64,000 nt of DNA from Patescibacteria group bacterium (GTDB lineage Bacteria; Patescibacteriota; Patescibacteriia; UBA10025; JAHIVO01). Shown here piece after piece: positions 1 through 7,851 of the stretch. The translations under genes were made by a program, and so were the position numbers. The notes beneath the pieces are model-generated. The model was given only the letters and a program-made list of their open reading frames with translations, did not search any database and was not told where the DNA came from. The DNA lies in assembly GCA_049325535.1 (NCBI GenBank), contig JBMOKY010000001.1, positions 813,942-877,941 of the forward strand, in the 5' to 3' direction. Numbering within the stretch: the stretch's first letter is position 1; every line of letters starts with the position of its first letter.

Positions 1-378
1 GCTGGTATTCGCCTCATACCCGCGCCGATCCCAGGGGAAACCCGGCGTGTCCGTGCTCCAGCTGCCGACGCTTCCTGCTTTGATCTGGAGCGCATCAGCG
101 GTGGTGGTAAAATCCAATTGGCCCGGCCAATACTCTCCCGCCTCCCATTGGGCCTGAGACGTGACCGTGTACTCTGCCGATTCGGCGTACAGCACGTATG
201 AATAAAACATAAATGACGCCACGCCCAGCACGATGATTGCCACAGCGGCAAAAACCGGATTGACCCGGGTAACACGAAAAAGCCGACGCAACCGCGTAAG
301 TTGATTGGGAACTTTTTTACTGCGGCGCCGGAAAAATGTAGTAGATAAAAAATCCAGGAGTCTGCGCTTTCCTTTCAT
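1..378 (-). CDS. Hypothetical signal-anchored protein, 5' portion; the ORF runs off the left edge (partial)
   Basis: Manual translation of the minus strand. ATG at 378..376 opens an ORF with no stop before nt 1 (MKGKRRLLDFLSTTFFRRRSKKVPNQLTRLRRLFRVTRVNPVFAAVAIIVLGVASFMFYSYVLYAESAEY...). It has a basic N-terminus followed by a hydrophobic helix. It is absent from the ORF track, probably because it is edge-truncated. Confidence 0.35.
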   Translation of the reverse strand, partial: MKGKRRLLDFLSTTFFRRRSKKVPNQLTRLRRLFRVTRVNPVFAAVAIIVLGVASFMFYSYVLYAESAEYTVTSQAQWEAGEYWPGQLDFTTTADALQIKAGSVGSWSTDTPGFPWDRRGYEANTS

Positions 379-639
379 GCGCCGCGTACCCCCTCCGAGA
401 TGCAATATTTTTTTAATCCAGCTTATTTTTTGTTTTTTCACAACACTATACCGTCAATATATCGCCCCCGCAGACACAAGGGCGATAATCCAGTCTTTAA
501 AAACGATGACTATTGAGCATTATTCGCTCAATTTTACTAATACTATTGTAACATATTTTTTACCATTTTGCAAGTACTCAATTACCATAACCTTTTTGCG
601 CAATTTAACTCTTCTATGGCATACTATGGATACTATCCC

Positions 640-1626
640 ATGAATAACATCACGAATAAAAAACTGGGGCGCGCGTTAGTGTATGGCGGATTATTTATTG
701 CTGGTGCCCTCACCGGCTGGATTTTTTTTCGGATGACCACTGACATCTCGTCCAATAGCTCAAACGGGGTGCGCCAGAGCGGCTATACATTCATCAGTCC
801 GCTGCTCGAATGTGACGTGGCAGATGGCCAGACTACCAAGCCGCTCCGTTCGCTGCAAAATGATCTCGAGGAATATTCTGATTCCGTCATCGCATCCTCG
901 AGTGTCGACCATATTTCCATATACCTACGGGATCTGAATAACGGCCCCTGGATCGGCGTGTATGAGGAAGAGGTATTTACCCCCGCCAGCCTCCTCAAAG
1001 TCCCGGTGATGATGACCTATTTCCGGGCGGCTGAAAGTGACCCGGATTTGTTAGACGAAAAACTCACCTACCAGCCCGAGACTCCCCCATCAGAAACGGC
1101 CACACTGAAATCCGGCGAATCATACAGCATCGACCAACTGATCAAATACATGATACGGGATTCCGATAATGACGCCTTCTCCCTGCTCGTGTCGCACATC
1201 GATAACGATCTGGTGAATAAAACGCTGATCGACCTGGGTCTGACCGTTCCTGACGCATCGACACCCGAAAATTATATCACCGTACGCTCATACGCCAGTC
1301 TGTTCCGTGTCCTCTACAATGCATCATACCTTTCGCGTGACATGTCCGAACGCGCGCTGGAACTGCTCAGCTCCACGAGCTATGATGACGGATTACGCGC
1401 CGGCATCGGAGATGAAGTGATTGTCGCCAGCAAATTTGGCATCCGCGGAAATCAGAACAATACCGATCGGCAGCTCCATGATTGTGGCATCGTATACTAT
1501 CCCGATCACCCGTATCTCATCTGCGTCATGACCCGCGGGTCGGAAATCGGAGAACTTGCCACGACCATAGCAAATATTTCCAAGCGTATATTCGATTTCC
1601 ATCAGGAAGCATACCCGGTCGAATAA
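640..1626 (+). CDS. Class A beta-lactamase-like serine hydrolase with N-terminal TM/signal anchor
   Basis: SxxK motif (PASLLKVPVMM), SDN motif (IRDSDNDAF) and KxG motif (ASKFGIRG) occur in class A order and spacing. The start is uncertain: the ORF track opens at 568, with alternative ATGs at 616 and 640 (MNNITNKKLGRALVYGGLFIAG...). Confidence 0.6.
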   Translation: MNNITNKKLGRALVYGGLFIAGALTGWIFFRMTTDISSNSSNGVRQSGYTFISPLLECDVADGQTTKPLRSLQNDLEEYSDSVIASSSVDHISIYLRDLNNGPWIGVYEEEVFTPASLLKVPVMMTYFRAAESDPDLLDEKLTYQPETPPSETATLKSGESYSIDQLIKYMIRDSDNDAFSLLVSHIDNDLVNKTLIDLGLTVPDASTPENYITVRSYASLFRVLYNASYLSRDMSERALELLSSTSYDDGLRAGIGDEVIVASKFGIRGNQNNTDRQLHDCGIVYYPDHPYLICVMTRGSEIGELATTIANISKRIFDFHQEAYPVE

Positions 1627-1636
1627 CCCGCACGAT

Positions 1637-1673
1637 GAAAAAAATAAAAACCCCCGACGTGAGACGCACGGGG
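1637..1673 (-). terminator. Rho-independent terminator, probably bidirectional, between the convergent beta-lactamase-like gene and pgpA
   Basis: Hairpin cccccg-N12-cgggg at 1651..1673. On the minus strand it is followed by the U-tract tttttattttttt (plus-strand A-run 1637..1650). Confidence 0.45.
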
Positions 1674-1692
1674 TATCTTTATATTATCTCGG

Positions 1693-2172
1693 CTAGGAAT
1701 ACATCACCCGCAGCGCGATGAAAAAAAATATCCCGGCATGCAGTCCGGCAAAGAGATCGTCAACCATCACCCCCCAGTGCGACTGCCACCGATCCGCCAT
1801 GCGGGCCAGCCCGAATTTCAGCGTGTCAAACAAGCGGAAGATAAGGAAGGCGAGACCGAAATGCCATAAACTTTTTTCGAAATAAAAAAGCGGGATCAGC
1901 GTGAGCAGCATGCCCACGAATTCATCGATAACAATCTTCTTATTGTCATGGGCAGACCCGCCCCGTGCCTGTAAATACTCGTCGGTGCTCGGCACGGCTG
2001 CCACACCGAGGAAAAAAATAACCGCTACAATCCCCAGATACCAGCCGATCGGCAGTTCTAAAAGCCACCACGCGGGAACCAGCACCACCAATGACCCCCA
2101 ACTGCCCGGCGCCCATGGCAAATACCCACTACCAAATCCAGTGGCGACGGTGCGGGCAATCAGTGTATGCAT
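1693..2172 (-). CDS. pgpA: Phosphatidylglycerophosphatase A
   Basis: N-terminal TGFGSGYLPWAPGSWGSL matches the PgpA signature (GFGxGxxPxAPGTxGS). The protein is a small polytopic membrane protein. Confidence 0.7.
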   Translation of the reverse strand: MHTLIARTVATGFGSGYLPWAPGSWGSLVVLVPAWWLLELPIGWYLGIVAVIFFLGVAAVPSTDEYLQARGGSAHDNKKIVIDEFVGMLLTLIPLFYFEKSLWHFGLAFLIFRLFDTLKFGLARMADRWQSHWGVMVDDLFAGLHAGIFFFIALRVMYS

Positions 2173-2183
2173 ACCATTCTCGA

Positions 2184-2660
2184 TTACGTAGCAAAAAAGA
2201 GGGAAAAGACTAATTCATCTGTACCACGGCGGAAATGATTGCGCAAGATTGCCTCCTGGTGCATGCCTTTATTCAGAAAAAAATCCTTGATTTCCAGATT
2301 ATCCGCATGAATCATGGAAAAAATCTTGCGTAATTTCAACCCATGTCGTTTATAATAGTAGTCCGATTCCGCAATCACCTGATCAAACAGCATCTCTTTT
2401 ACAAAAGAGCGGTCTGGGGCATCGGGAGAAACGACGATGCGCGTCAGCTCGACGACCCCGTGCCGCAATGTCCCCTGCGGCCGCCAACTAATCAGCCCTA
2501 CCAAGCGGCCACCGTCCTCAGCGATACGATAATGCTGATAGGTACATTCCTGATCATAGACATGTTCAGCTTCGGCCGGTGAAGAAAAGCTATATCGCTG
2601 ATGCAGCATATTTGAAACCAGCGGGCCATCAGCACAGGTGGCGGGACGGATAGAAATCAT
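2184..2660 (-). CDS. GNAT-family N-acetyltransferase (probable)
   Basis: Size about 158 aa, an IRPATxxD start, and a C-terminal HADNLEIKDFFLNKGMHQEAIL block typical of the GNAT fold. Confidence 0.5.
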   Translation of the reverse strand: MISIRPATCADGPLVSNMLHQRYSFSSPAEAEHVYDQECTYQHYRIAEDGGRLVGLISWRPQGTLRHGVVELTRIVVSPDAPDRSFVKEMLFDQVIAESDYYYKRHGLKLRKIFSMIHADNLEIKDFFLNKGMHQEAILRNHFRRGTDELVFSLFFAT

Positions 2661-2757
2661 ATGATAATTATTTTTTATTTTCTAAGTGTAGGTCGTAGTA
2701 TAGCAGATACCAAAAAACCAAACAACGCCAAACGTGTGCATAAGTCGGTCCGCAAAA

Positions 2758-3150
2758 CTATAAATCCATCCCCTCTTCTGCAGGCGAGGATTGGTTTGGT
2801 TTGAATCGGGCGTATATCCGGCGATACAGGTACACGAGACCGCAGGCGACCAGGTAATTGATGCCCAATGGAACCACTATCTCCAATATGAAATATCCCA
2901 CTGACTGATACCACGTAAAATCGGAAAAGCCGCTAAAAAAATTTTCCGACCCCAGTACCACCGCGATCGCCCCAAACAGTAATACGGCAAAGGGCAATGG
3001 AGAGATCCTCCACCCGTCTTCAAAAACAGGCCCAATCGCGCCGGCCTCACCAGCCGGCACCTGCTGCACGACGTACCCGATATAGAGCGGGAGTATCAAG
3101 GCGACGATAATCTTTGGCCAGGTAAGTCGAAAAAAATCTTTCATGACCAT
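2758..3150 (-). CDS. Small integral membrane protein, hypothetical
   Basis: 130-aa ORF with 3-4 predicted hydrophobic helices. No recognised motif. Confidence 0.4.
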   Translation of the reverse strand: MVMKDFFRLTWPKIIVALILPLYIGYVVQQVPAGEAGAIGPVFEDGWRISPLPFAVLLFGAIAVVLGSENFFSGFSDFTWYQSVGYFILEIVVPLGINYLVACGLVYLYRRIYARFKPNQSSPAEEGMDL

Positions 3151-3208
3151 AGTGTAGCATTATTTATCGACGGGCTCAAATATGAATACGATACGCCCCC
3201 TCCGCTGC

Positions 3209-4309
3209 CTACAATCGTCCGCGCTTGATCGCTCCACGCACACGTCGCATCAATTCCAGGTAGAAACTGACATTTTGTAGTGTCGCCAACCGCAGCGCCA
3301 ACGGATCACCAATGGTGAAGAGATGCCTGAGATATGCCCGGGTATACCGGCGGGACGTAATCGCGCTGCTCTGGACATCGATCGGGTGGGTATCCGCCGC
3401 AAATCGCGCTCGTGAAATATGGATCGTGTCATAAAACCTGCCCCGTAGATCAGCGGTACGCCACACATAGATCAGCCCATGACGCGCATTACGCGTGGGA
3501 ATGACGCAATCAAACATGTCGACGCCCCGTCTCACTGCCTCTACTATTTGTTCCGGCTTTCCCACGCCCATCAAGTAGTGTGGCCGTGAATCAGGCAAGT
3601 GCGGTATCGTCACTTCGAGCATAGCATACAGCTGCTCCGCCGGTTCTCCGACCGCCAGACCACCGATGGCAAAACCGTCAAACGGCATACGCGCCAGAGT
3701 CTGGGCATGCGCCGAGCGCAACTCAGGAAACGTAGCACCCTGCACGATACCGAATACCATCTGGTCGGCTATGCGTCGTTTCTTTTTATGAGCGAGCGCA
3801 CGGAGCGCCCACCGGGTCGTCAATTCCATAGAGGTACGAGCATATCCCAGCGTAGTCGGATACGGTGGGCACTCGTCCAGTACCATCATGATGTCTGACC
3901 CGATCGCGCGCTGGATATCGATGGCCTGCTCCGGCGATAAAAAAAGCGAGCGGCCATCTATCTCCGAACTGAAATGCACCCCTTGCTCGGAAATCGTCCG
4001 CCGTTTGCTCAGCGAAAAGACCTGATACCCGCCGGAGTCAGTCAAGATCGGACCGCGCCAGCGCATGTACTGATGCAAGCCTTTGTACTTCCGCAACACT
4101 CCCAGCCCCGGCCGCTGCCACAGATGATAAGTGTTTGCCAGGATGATGTCGGCGTTCAACGAAGTGATATCCTCCGCGCTCAATGTTTTTACCACCCCGC
4201 GGGTAGCGATCGGCATGAATGCTGGCGTGCTGATCATGCCATGCGCTGTGCGCAGCGCACCGACACGAGCCCGGCTCTTCTTGCTCTTTTTGAGTATGCG
4301 AAATGCCAT
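3209..4309 (-). CDS. tgt: Queuine tRNA-ribosyltransferase
   Basis: PAFMPIATRG N-terminus, IMMVLDECPPYP, and MGVGKPEQIVEAVRRGVDMFDCVIPTRNARHG (Tgt signature). Start taken at MAFRILKK (nt 4309) rather than the upstream ATG at 4372. The zinc-site CxCxxC is replaced by QSSAITS (see findings). Confidence 0.85.
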   Translation of the reverse strand: MAFRILKKSKKSRARVGALRTAHGMISTPAFMPIATRGVVKTLSAEDITSLNADIILANTYHLWQRPGLGVLRKYKGLHQYMRWRGPILTDSGGYQVFSLSKRRTISEQGVHFSSEIDGRSLFLSPEQAIDIQRAIGSDIMMVLDECPPYPTTLGYARTSMELTTRWALRALAHKKKRRIADQMVFGIVQGATFPELRSAHAQTLARMPFDGFAIGGLAVGEPAEQLYAMLEVTIPHLPDSRPHYLMGVGKPEQIVEAVRRGVDMFDCVIPTRNARHGLIYVWRTADLRGRFYDTIHISRARFAADTHPIDVQSSAITSRRYTRAYLRHLFTIGDPLALRLATLQNVSFYLELMRRVRGAIKRGRL

Positions 4310-4336
4310 AAGAAGAATTAGACAGCGAGGGGTAAA

Positions 4337-4987
4337 TTGAGTACAGTACCAGTATACACTATGCGTGCCCATGAATTAAATAGCGTTCTGCTCGATCGCC
4401 TCAATCACACCAAAGACCGAGTGCTCCAAGGATCAGCCGCTTGGATGCCACACTGGCTGACGCCCAATATGATTTCGTGCCTGCGGGTACTTCTGGTGAT
4501 TCCACTGATACTTCTCTACCGAAACGGTCAGGTGGCTGCCGCCGCCATCATCTTTGCAGTCGCCCTGTATACTGACGCTCTGGATGGCGTCCAGGCGCGC
4601 CGGCTCAGGCAGGAAACGACGATCGGCAAATTACTCGATCCTGCGGCTGATAAGGTATTGATTATATCACTCTTTTTCACCGTGGCGGTCGGGCGAATCT
4701 CATCGGCCGTCATCACTACCCTCGTTGCCCTCGAAATAACCCTAGTGCTGCTGGCAGCAGTGATCGGCCCGCTGATCCGGCGCTTTACCCGCATACAGCC
4801 GCGGCTGGGTGCCAACAACGCGGGAAAAATAAAAATGACCCTGGAAAGCATCGGGGTTGGTATCCTCATCTTCGCACCATCAGGTGTCGCTGTTGATACA
4901 GCCGCGGAAATCATCCTTTGGATCGCTGCGGTATTCGCGGCGCTGAGCATAGCCTTGCATCTTTTTCTCCGTGAACGCCGGGCATAA
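4337..4987 (+). CDS. CDP-alcohol phosphatidyltransferase (PgsA-like)
   Basis: DALDGVQARRLRQETTIGKLLDPAADKV matches D-G-x2-A-R-x8-G-x3-D-x3-D. Multi-TM protein, adjacent to pgpA. Confidence 0.75.
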   Translation: MSTVPVYTMRAHELNSVLLDRLNHTKDRVLQGSAAWMPHWLTPNMISCLRVLLVIPLILLYRNGQVAAAAIIFAVALYTDALDGVQARRLRQETTIGKLLDPAADKVLIISLFFTVAVGRISSAVITTLVALEITLVLLAAVIGPLIRRFTRIQPRLGANNAGKIKMTLESIGVGILIFAPSGVAVDTAAEIILWIAAVFAALSIALHLFLRERRA

Positions 4988-4995
4988 GATGATCA

Positions 4996-7080
4996 CTAGC
5001 CACCATTCACATTGCCATTGGTGGCTGTATTTGTATTGGTAAGCACGGGGGCTGGCTGAACTTTTCCCGACCCCCGCTCGACCGGATCGGTGGTCAGCGC
5101 AGTCGTCAGCGTCTTGGCGGTTTGAGTTATGGACACGCCGGTGAAGGTGTCGGTCGCCTGGGCTGTCGTCATGCCGAGTAGTGTCACCACGTCCCCTACC
5201 TGCACCACCTGCGGAGTGATGCTGACATCGACGTATGCCTGCAGCTCCGGAATGAGCTGACCCGCGTTCTGTGGTATCCGATTGATTGTCCATTGGATTA
5301 ATCGGGTACTGGCATCGTAGCTCACATCACCGGCCGTCACCCCGCTGACGCCCGTCCAGTCGACGCCCGTTGGCAGCACCGCGGAAACAACCACATCCGT
5401 TACTTCATTTGTCGAATTATGCAGATACCAGTACAGCCGATATGTGGTGGTCGCGCCGACGCGGGGCGGTACCGGTCCGCTGCCAACAGGAATACTTTGA
5501 TCATCATAATACCGGGATTCAGCACGCAGCTTCAGGTCGGTGGTTATCTTGGTCACTAGTGGATCGGTCGAGACCACTAGATCGGTGCCATCCAGGTCCA
5601 CTACCCCGGATGACCGGGCAGTGGCGGTCGCGGAAATGGTCAATTCCCCATCATCAGCACCGGACGCACTATATGTAGCCACGACCGGTATGCTGAAGGA
5701 AATCTCCGCCTGTTCATTGGGCCGCAGCGATGTGAGCGTCGGCACCGTGGACGCGTCCCAGCGGATAGTGGTCCCCTCGGTAGTGCCTTTGTACGGATTT
5801 ACCAGTCCCGACCAATCCACGGCATTCGTCGTTAGTTCAACCCGTACCGCTATATCGTTGATCACGGCGTCGCTCCCATTTTCCAGCGTGACCGCATAGG
5901 TAATCAGATCTCCAAATTCAGCAGGCGCTCCGGACGTGCTGTCATTTTGTTTGAGGGTAATGAGGAGCTGCGGATTCACGACAAACAGCAGGGCGGTTTG
6001 CTCGGCTTGGGATAGGTAGGTACCTCCAGCATCGGTATACCCAACCTCGGCTTTCAATTCGCTGCTCGTGCCCTGCGCAGCGGTAATGGTGCCGTTCCAC
6101 GTCACGGAAAACGTCTCGCCACCCTCAAGCGAATCAATGCTCCAGATGAATGACCCGGTCGATGTCGCCTCCGGCTTAAAATTGTCCGCCTGCATCTCGG
6201 CAGGGACTGTCAGCGTCAGTCTCACCTGCTCGATCGTCTCGTCTGAGGTATTTTCCAATGTGAGTGCGTACTGGTCAGCCCGACCGCTGATGCTCTTCGG
6301 CGGCGCCTCCAGCGTCAGCGATAAAACCGACCCGCCGATAGTCAGTGACAGCGAACCGTGGGTCTGGAATACTGAATTAAAATTTGCCGGACGATAACCC
6401 AATATAGTAGGTACGGCCAGTTCAGTTCCCGTTTCACCAAAAAAGGTTCCGGTAATACTCACTAATTTTCGCTTGCCAGGATTGATGGTACCCACGTTCC
6501 ACGCATTGTGGGCATCATTCTCCGCCGACGGTACCGAGCTTCGAAATTGAAATGTACTGGGCAGCTGAAGAGTCATCTCAACATTGTGCACCGCTACGGC
6601 TTCGCCGTTTGTTATTGCGATGACAAACGTCGACTCCTTGCCCGAAGTCACTACCGTCGCCCCATCAATCGAAGCGGAGACCTGCTCATTGGCAAATTCC
6701 TGTTCCTGATTGACAAAGAAGAAAAATCCGCCTACTGCGGCACCCGCGATAATCATAAGTCCGACCAAAACCCAGACGATTATTTTCTTACGGCGATTCG
6801 GATCCGTCCGTTCAAAATGCGTCGCTGAGCTAGCTCCACTCGCTCGCTGGTACAGATCGGAAAAGCGTTTCTTCGCCTCGATGGCTATGCGACGATTCGA
6901 TTTCGGAGTCTCGGCTTCCTCTTCTGCGGCTACGGGAATATGCGTATGGACATCCTGTTGAGGCGGCGTCGTCTCTGCGGCCAGCGCCGCCATCTCATCC
7001 TCAGAAAAAACCTCAACGTCGTCATCGGATGATCGAGGCCGTGGCATATCTGCGTGCATGTCCTTTTGTTTCGCTATCAT
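4996..7080 (-). CDS. Large surface protein: cytoplasmic N-terminus of about 100 aa, one TM helix, then an extracellular repeat-rich region
   Basis: 694-aa ORF. TM helix IIVWVLVGLMIIAGAAVGGFFFFV follows an acidic N-terminal segment. The extracellular part is rich in T/S/G/V and ends in TNTNTATNGNVNGG. Its stop is 19 nt from recO. Confidence 0.5.
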   Translation of the reverse strand: MIAKQKDMHADMPRPRSSDDDVEVFSEDEMAALAAETTPPQQDVHTHIPVAAEEEAETPKSNRRIAIEAKKRFSDLYQRASGASSATHFERTDPNRRKKIIVWVLVGLMIIAGAAVGGFFFFVNQEQEFANEQVSASIDGATVVTSGKESTFVIAITNGEAVAVHNVEMTLQLPSTFQFRSSVPSAENDAHNAWNVGTINPGKRKLVSITGTFFGETGTELAVPTILGYRPANFNSVFQTHGSLSLTIGGSVLSLTLEAPPKSISGRADQYALTLENTSDETIEQVRLTLTVPAEMQADNFKPEATSTGSFIWSIDSLEGGETFSVTWNGTITAAQGTSSELKAEVGYTDAGGTYLSQAEQTALLFVVNPQLLITLKQNDSTSGAPAEFGDLITYAVTLENGSDAVINDIAVRVELTTNAVDWSGLVNPYKGTTEGTTIRWDASTVPTLTSLRPNEQAEISFSIPVVATYSASGADDGELTISATATARSSGVVDLDGTDLVVSTDPLVTKITTDLKLRAESRYYDDQSIPVGSGPVPPRVGATTTYRLYWYLHNSTNEVTDVVVSAVLPTGVDWTGVSGVTAGDVSYDASTRLIQWTINRIPQNAGQLIPELQAYVDVSITPQVVQVGDVVTLLGMTTAQATDTFTGVSITQTAKTLTTALTTDPVERGSGKVQPAPVLTNTNTATNGNVNGG

Positions 7081-7098
7081 GATTATAGTATACCAAAA

Positions 7099-7848
7099 TT
7101 ATGCACTCTCGAAAAATGGACGAAATGACAGGTCGGTTTCGGCAATTGCATTGATAAAAAGTGTGGTTATCCGCTCACATTCCTGCGCTACCGCGCTGGG
7201 CATAGTCAAGAGCATTACCCGCTCAATCGGTTGGTGCACCAACTCCCGCAAGAGTTTGACCGTATTTGCCCCGATCGGTACCACATCGATGGCACTGCTG
7301 CATCGAGCATGCGCTACCCCGCCGCGTTTCCAGGAAAATACCACCGCTGATGGAGCCAGCACCTGACGACAGATCACGCACCGATTCACCTCGGGCTGGT
7401 GTCCAACAGCAGAAACGAGCTGCCAGACGAAAAACCATCGGAGTAAAAATAATTGGGCTGGAGTAATTCCAGAAGTATCCAGCCGCTGTAACGCCTGCAG
7501 CACCAGTGCGTAGAGATGCCGATCACGCTGCCGGTCATGCAGCAGACGGTCCAGTAGGGTGGCAATATACCGGGCCAATGCCAAAGCGGCCGGTTCAGCG
7601 TGCAGCCGCCGCCAGGCATCCTGAACCGTGACGTCAGTCACCGTATCCAGACGCGCACCGCGGACGCACTGCACAGTCACCAGTTGAATTGGCTCTAGGC
7701 TTCCCGCCAGTTTACTGCTGATTTTTCGGGTGCCCCGCGCCAATACAGTAATTTTCCCGTATTCCTCGGTATACAGTGTAATAGTGCGATCAACCTCACG
7801 CAGATCATGATGCCGGATAATGATGCCGGTCATCTGATACGTACTCAT
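7099..7848 (-). CDS. recO: DNA repair protein RecO
   Basis: About 249 aa. N-terminal OB-fold-like region (GIIIRHHDLREVDRTITLYTEEYGKITVLARGTRK) and a C-terminal Cys4 zinc motif (CVICRQ...AHARC). Confidence 0.7.
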   Translation of the reverse strand: MSTYQMTGIIIRHHDLREVDRTITLYTEEYGKITVLARGTRKISSKLAGSLEPIQLVTVQCVRGARLDTVTDVTVQDAWRRLHAEPAALALARYIATLLDRLLHDRQRDRHLYALVLQALQRLDTSGITPAQLFLLRWFFVWQLVSAVGHQPEVNRCVICRQVLAPSAVVFSWKRGGVAHARCSSAIDVVPIGANTVKLLRELVHQPIERVMLLTMPSAVAQECERITTLFINAIAETDLSFRPFFESA

Positions 7849-7851
7849 AGA

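Noticed and set aside
305-643. 112-aa plus-strand ORF at the left end
   Set aside because: It lies across the AT-rich divergent intergenic region and is antisense to a better-supported minus-strand partial ORF (1..378). It also overlaps, out of frame, the likely real start region of the beta-lactamase-like gene. The translation is low-complexity.
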